Assembly (NCBI GenBank): GCA_965262615.1
Contig: OZ253545.1
Coordinates: forward strand, 512,001-576,000
Source: Alphaproteobacteria bacterium
GTDB taxonomy: Bacteria; Pseudomonadota; Alphaproteobacteria; GM7ARS4; G965262615
Direction: 5' to 3'
Length of the DNA: 64,000 nt
Below the pieces are notes generated by a model. That model had not been told where the DNA came from. It saw only the letters and a program-made list of their open reading frames with translations, and ran no database searches. Shown here one piece after another: positions 61,093 through 64,000 of the stretch; the stretch's first letter is position 1; the number at the start of each line of letters is the position of its first letter. Both the position numbers and the translations under genes were made by a program.

Positions 61093-61839
61093 ATGATGCA
61101 AGAACACTATCGCTCTTCCGCCGTCAGTGCCAAGGTTGTGGACGCTGGTTTGCGATCTCACATGATTCGTGTTTATAATTTCATGGGGCTGGGTTTGTTT
61201 CTCAGTGCCGTTGTGGCATGGCTCGGCTTTGATGCCGCCGTGGTGACCGCAAGCGATGGCAGCATTATGGGAGTCACCGCCTTTGGTGCGATGCTGTTTG
61301 GCGGCGGGTTTCTCTCTGTTGTCCTGATGCTTGCCCCGCTGGGATTCATTCTGGCTTTGTCTTTTGGTGTCAATCGGTTTAGCTATGGCACATTGCAGAT
61401 GCTGTTTTGGTCTTTTGCGGCGGTCATGGGGCTGTCACTGTCCAGCATCTTTTTGGTGTATTCTCAGAGCTCCATCACGCAGGTGTTTCTCATCACCGGC
61501 ATCATGTTTACCTCCATGAGCCTTTATGGCTACACCACCAAAAAAGACCTCACCCGCATGGGCAGCTTTCTCTTTATGGGATTGATCGGAATTATTATTG
61601 CCAGTGTGGTGAATCTGTTTGTTGGCGGCAGTGCGTTGTCGTGGGCGATTTCGGTGTTGGCGGTGGTGATTTTCACGGGACTCACCGCTTATGACACTCA
61701 GATGATCAAGGCTCTGTATCATGAGGGTGATTCCTCCGACACGGCGGGCAAAAAAGCCCTGATGGGCGCGCTCAGTCTGTATCTGGACTTCATCAATATT
61801 TTCATCCATCTGCTGCGCCTGATTGGTGAAAGACGATAA
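61093..61839 (+). CDS. Bax inhibitor-1/YccA family membrane protein
   Basis: D.GLR..M..VYN.M, YGYTTKKDL, GLTAYDTQ.IK, GAL.LYLDFIN.F. Confidence 0.95.
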   Translation: MMQEHYRSSAVSAKVVDAGLRSHMIRVYNFMGLGLFLSAVVAWLGFDAAVVTASDGSIMGVTAFGAMLFGGGFLSVVLMLAPLGFILALSFGVNRFSYGTLQMLFWSFAAVMGLSLSSIFLVYSQSSITQVFLITGIMFTSMSLYGYTTKKDLTRMGSFLFMGLIGIIIASVVNLFVGGSALSWAISVLAVVIFTGLTAYDTQMIKALYHEGDSSDTAGKKALMGALSLYLDFINIFIHLLRLIGERR

Positions 61840-61869
61840 AGAGGTGTGTTCCACTTTTCGCAACCCATG

Positions 61870-61898
61870 AGAAAGCCGCCCTGCAAGGCGGCTTTCTT
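61870..61898 (+). terminator. Rho-independent terminator
   Basis: AGAAAGCCGCC-CTGCAA-GGCGGCTTTCT followed by T residues. Confidence 0.75.
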
Positions 61899-61976
61899 GT
61901 GTGCAATGTGGTTGAAAACAGAGTTTTTTTATTTTATAGTGAGGCTCTTGCCGCTGGATTATAGGAGGAGCGAGCG

Positions 61977-63776
61977 ATGTCGTCATATAACACAGTTGAG
62001 GATGTTCTTCATGAAATTGAGGGGGAGAAGAAATTTAAGGGTTTAAAATATCCACAGCTGCTTTCTCTTGCGGCAATTCAGTATTTTGTTTTTAAGGACA
62101 AAGATACAGATAGGCTCAAAAAAGATTTTTTGACAGACGGTAAAAACGATGGCGGGGTTGATGCCATTGTTTCGTTGTCAGGTGTTTATGGGCAAGCAGG
62201 TGAGGGATTGGTCATTATCCAATCAAAGTATACAGACAACATCACAGCTGGTGAGATTGAAGGCGAGTGGCGGAAGATTATGGGGACGATACAAAAGATT
62301 AAAGAAGGGGATACAAAAAATGTAAAGGATGAAGTGTCATCAGTTCTTAGCATAGCTGTGAAGGCGAATGAAGAAATTGAAATAATCTTCATGACAAGTG
62401 CCTCCAGTGCTAACAAGTCTAGCATTGAAAGTAAAATCGCAGATTTGAATGACGAAGATGATGCCGTGCAGGCGAAGGCATATTTTGGCAACGATTTGTT
62501 GGAGCAGAAGGAGTTTGTGTCCGATCCAAATATTTGCGTTGATATGGGTAGCCTTGACTTGTGGAAAGGCACTGGTTCGAATCAATCATCTTTTTTGGAA
62601 CATGATTTTGATAATTTGAAAGGCAAGATTGTCAGTGTCAGTGCTCGGAGTTTGAAAAATCTTGCCGAAAAGCATATCAAGAAAGGGCTGCTGGAAGGCA
62701 ATTTGCGTTCTTACATCAAGGAAAAAAGGGTGGATGAGAGAATCGATTACACCATTGAAAATGAACCTGACGAGTTTTGGTTTCTCAATAATGGCATCAC
62801 CATTTTTACTGAAGGTGTGGAAATTGAGGATTATAAATTGAATCTTAAGAATTTTTCCATCGTCAATGGCGGTCAGACGACCTTTCGTTTGAAAGAGGTG
62901 TTTCATAAAAATGGAGACTTTCCAATTGTATGTAAGGTGATTACTTTTGAAAGTGATGATGATGATGAAAAAAATAAGATGAAATTAAAAATTGCTTCTG
63001 CGTCAAATACGCAGAAACGCATAAAGCCGCAAGATCAACACTCCAATGATAGGGAGCAGAGGGATTTGAAAGAATTGCTGGAAAAGCAAGATCCTCCTGT
63101 GTTTTACAAAATTAAAAGTGGCAATCTTTTCCAAGAAAAGATGAAAGGTAAGAGTGTCGAAAAATGGCAAAAAATAGATATTAAAAAAATGACACGAATT
63201 CTTTGTGCCACGAGATTGGCGAGACCTGATGAAGCTTTTGCTAGACCAGATGACATTTTTAGAATCAAAGATGATTTGTATGAAAGGATTTTTCACTCAG
63301 GCACGCGAGATATCCCTTTTATTGTTGATGCCGTTCGTTTGTGTTCTGTCTGGGAAAATTGGTCAAAAAAATGGCTCATCGACAATAAAGATCCAGATGT
63401 AAAAACGCTTGAAGAAGAAGCTGTTAAAAAGTCTTGTTGGCATACTTTGGCAGTGATACACCTTGCCATTAAAGAGATGCGAGGGGACTTAGACCGAAAA
63501 AAAATTAATGAAACCCATAAATGGGAAGACGAAATTGCTCGCGAGGTGAAGACAGATTCTTTCATTAAGTGTGAATATGAAGATGCGAGAGAAAAGTATG
63601 ATGAACTTTTTTATTTCATTAGCTCAAAAGTAGTCACTATTTTTTCTAGTGAAATAGGAAAAAAATTAAAAAACAAAGACGCGTGGAACGAGCTGAGTAA
63701 GTCATGCTTGAACGATTTGAGGGAGTTTAGTGGTTGGCGAGAATTAATCCAAGATTTATTTATCACGAAAAAGTGA
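61977..63776 (+). CDS. AIPR family protein
   Basis: TDG.NDGG.DA, IQSKY, N.R.Y, F...NNGITI, IVNGGQT, SNTQ; AT-rich; AGGAGG RBS. Confidence 0.9.
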   Translation: MSSYNTVEDVLHEIEGEKKFKGLKYPQLLSLAAIQYFVFKDKDTDRLKKDFLTDGKNDGGVDAIVSLSGVYGQAGEGLVIIQSKYTDNITAGEIEGEWRKIMGTIQKIKEGDTKNVKDEVSSVLSIAVKANEEIEIIFMTSASSANKSSIESKIADLNDEDDAVQAKAYFGNDLLEQKEFVSDPNICVDMGSLDLWKGTGSNQSSFLEHDFDNLKGKIVSVSARSLKNLAEKHIKKGLLEGNLRSYIKEKRVDERIDYTIENEPDEFWFLNNGITIFTEGVEIEDYKLNLKNFSIVNGGQTTFRLKEVFHKNGDFPIVCKVITFESDDDDEKNKMKLKIASASNTQKRIKPQDQHSNDREQRDLKELLEKQDPPVFYKIKSGNLFQEKMKGKSVEKWQKIDIKKMTRILCATRLARPDEAFARPDDIFRIKDDLYERIFHSGTRDIPFIVDAVRLCSVWENWSKKWLIDNKDPDVKTLEEEAVKKSCWHTLAVIHLAIKEMRGDLDRKKINETHKWEDEIAREVKTDSFIKCEYEDAREKYDELFYFISSKVVTIFSSEIGKKLKNKDAWNELSKSCLNDLREFSGWRELIQDLFITKK

Positions 63777-63829
63777 TAGGTAAACCGACCCTTTCGTGGG
63801 GTTTTTGCTCATGACTAGAGAGCCTTAAA

Positions 63830-64000
63830 CTATAGGGACTTAAGAATTTTTTCCACCATTTTTTTGGCATCGCCAAACAGCATCATGGTGTTGTCGCTAA
63901 AAAAGAGTTCGTTTTCAATGCCGGCGTATCCTGCACCGAGGGAGCGTTTGCAAAAAAGCACCGTTTGGGCTCGTTCCACATCAAGAATGGGCATGCCATA
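63830..64000 (-). CDS. pntB: NAD(P) transhydrogenase subunit beta (3' end)
   Basis: Manual translation [47 protein letters not shown]...*. Confidence 0.95.
   Translation of the reverse strand, partial: YGMPILDVERAQTVLFCKRSLGAGYAGIENELFFSDNTMMLFGDAKKMVEKILKSL

Overview
64 kb of an alphaproteobacterial chromosome. Host-associated lifestyle is plausible but inferred (orphan CesT chaperone, phnW, divergent His-rich housekeeping proteins). The backbone is ordinary core genes: ispH-hpnN-hpnM, tRNA-Leu-tig-clpP, nnr, bioB, tkt, gyrB, cobA-cobT-cobS, pdxH-fabH-plsX-rpmF, lysC, ubiG, grxC-comF, trxB, purM-purN, tas, pntB. It is interrupted by many small AT-rich accessory inserts. Four things stand out. 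(1) A decayed island at the 3' end of tRNA-Ser carries an intact, translationally coupled six-gene operon (ParB-like, PD-(D/E)XK-like, SNF2 helicase, second ParB-like, radical SAM, GHKL/MORC-like ATPase) that looks like an uncharacterised defence or DNA-modification system. (2) Three copies of a C4-antisense-like structured RNA share a scaffold but differ in their second arm; one still has its targets over the RBS of a truncated antirepressor-like ORF. (3) Several accessory cassettes are bracketed by degenerate direct repeats of the host gene end or promoter at the insertion site, including a four-unit array at 21.8-24.2 kb, and no integrase is visible. (4) A 26-bp motif marks the cargo/host boundary of two different inserts with the same polarity. 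Family assignments come from motif recognition by eye; no database search was run.
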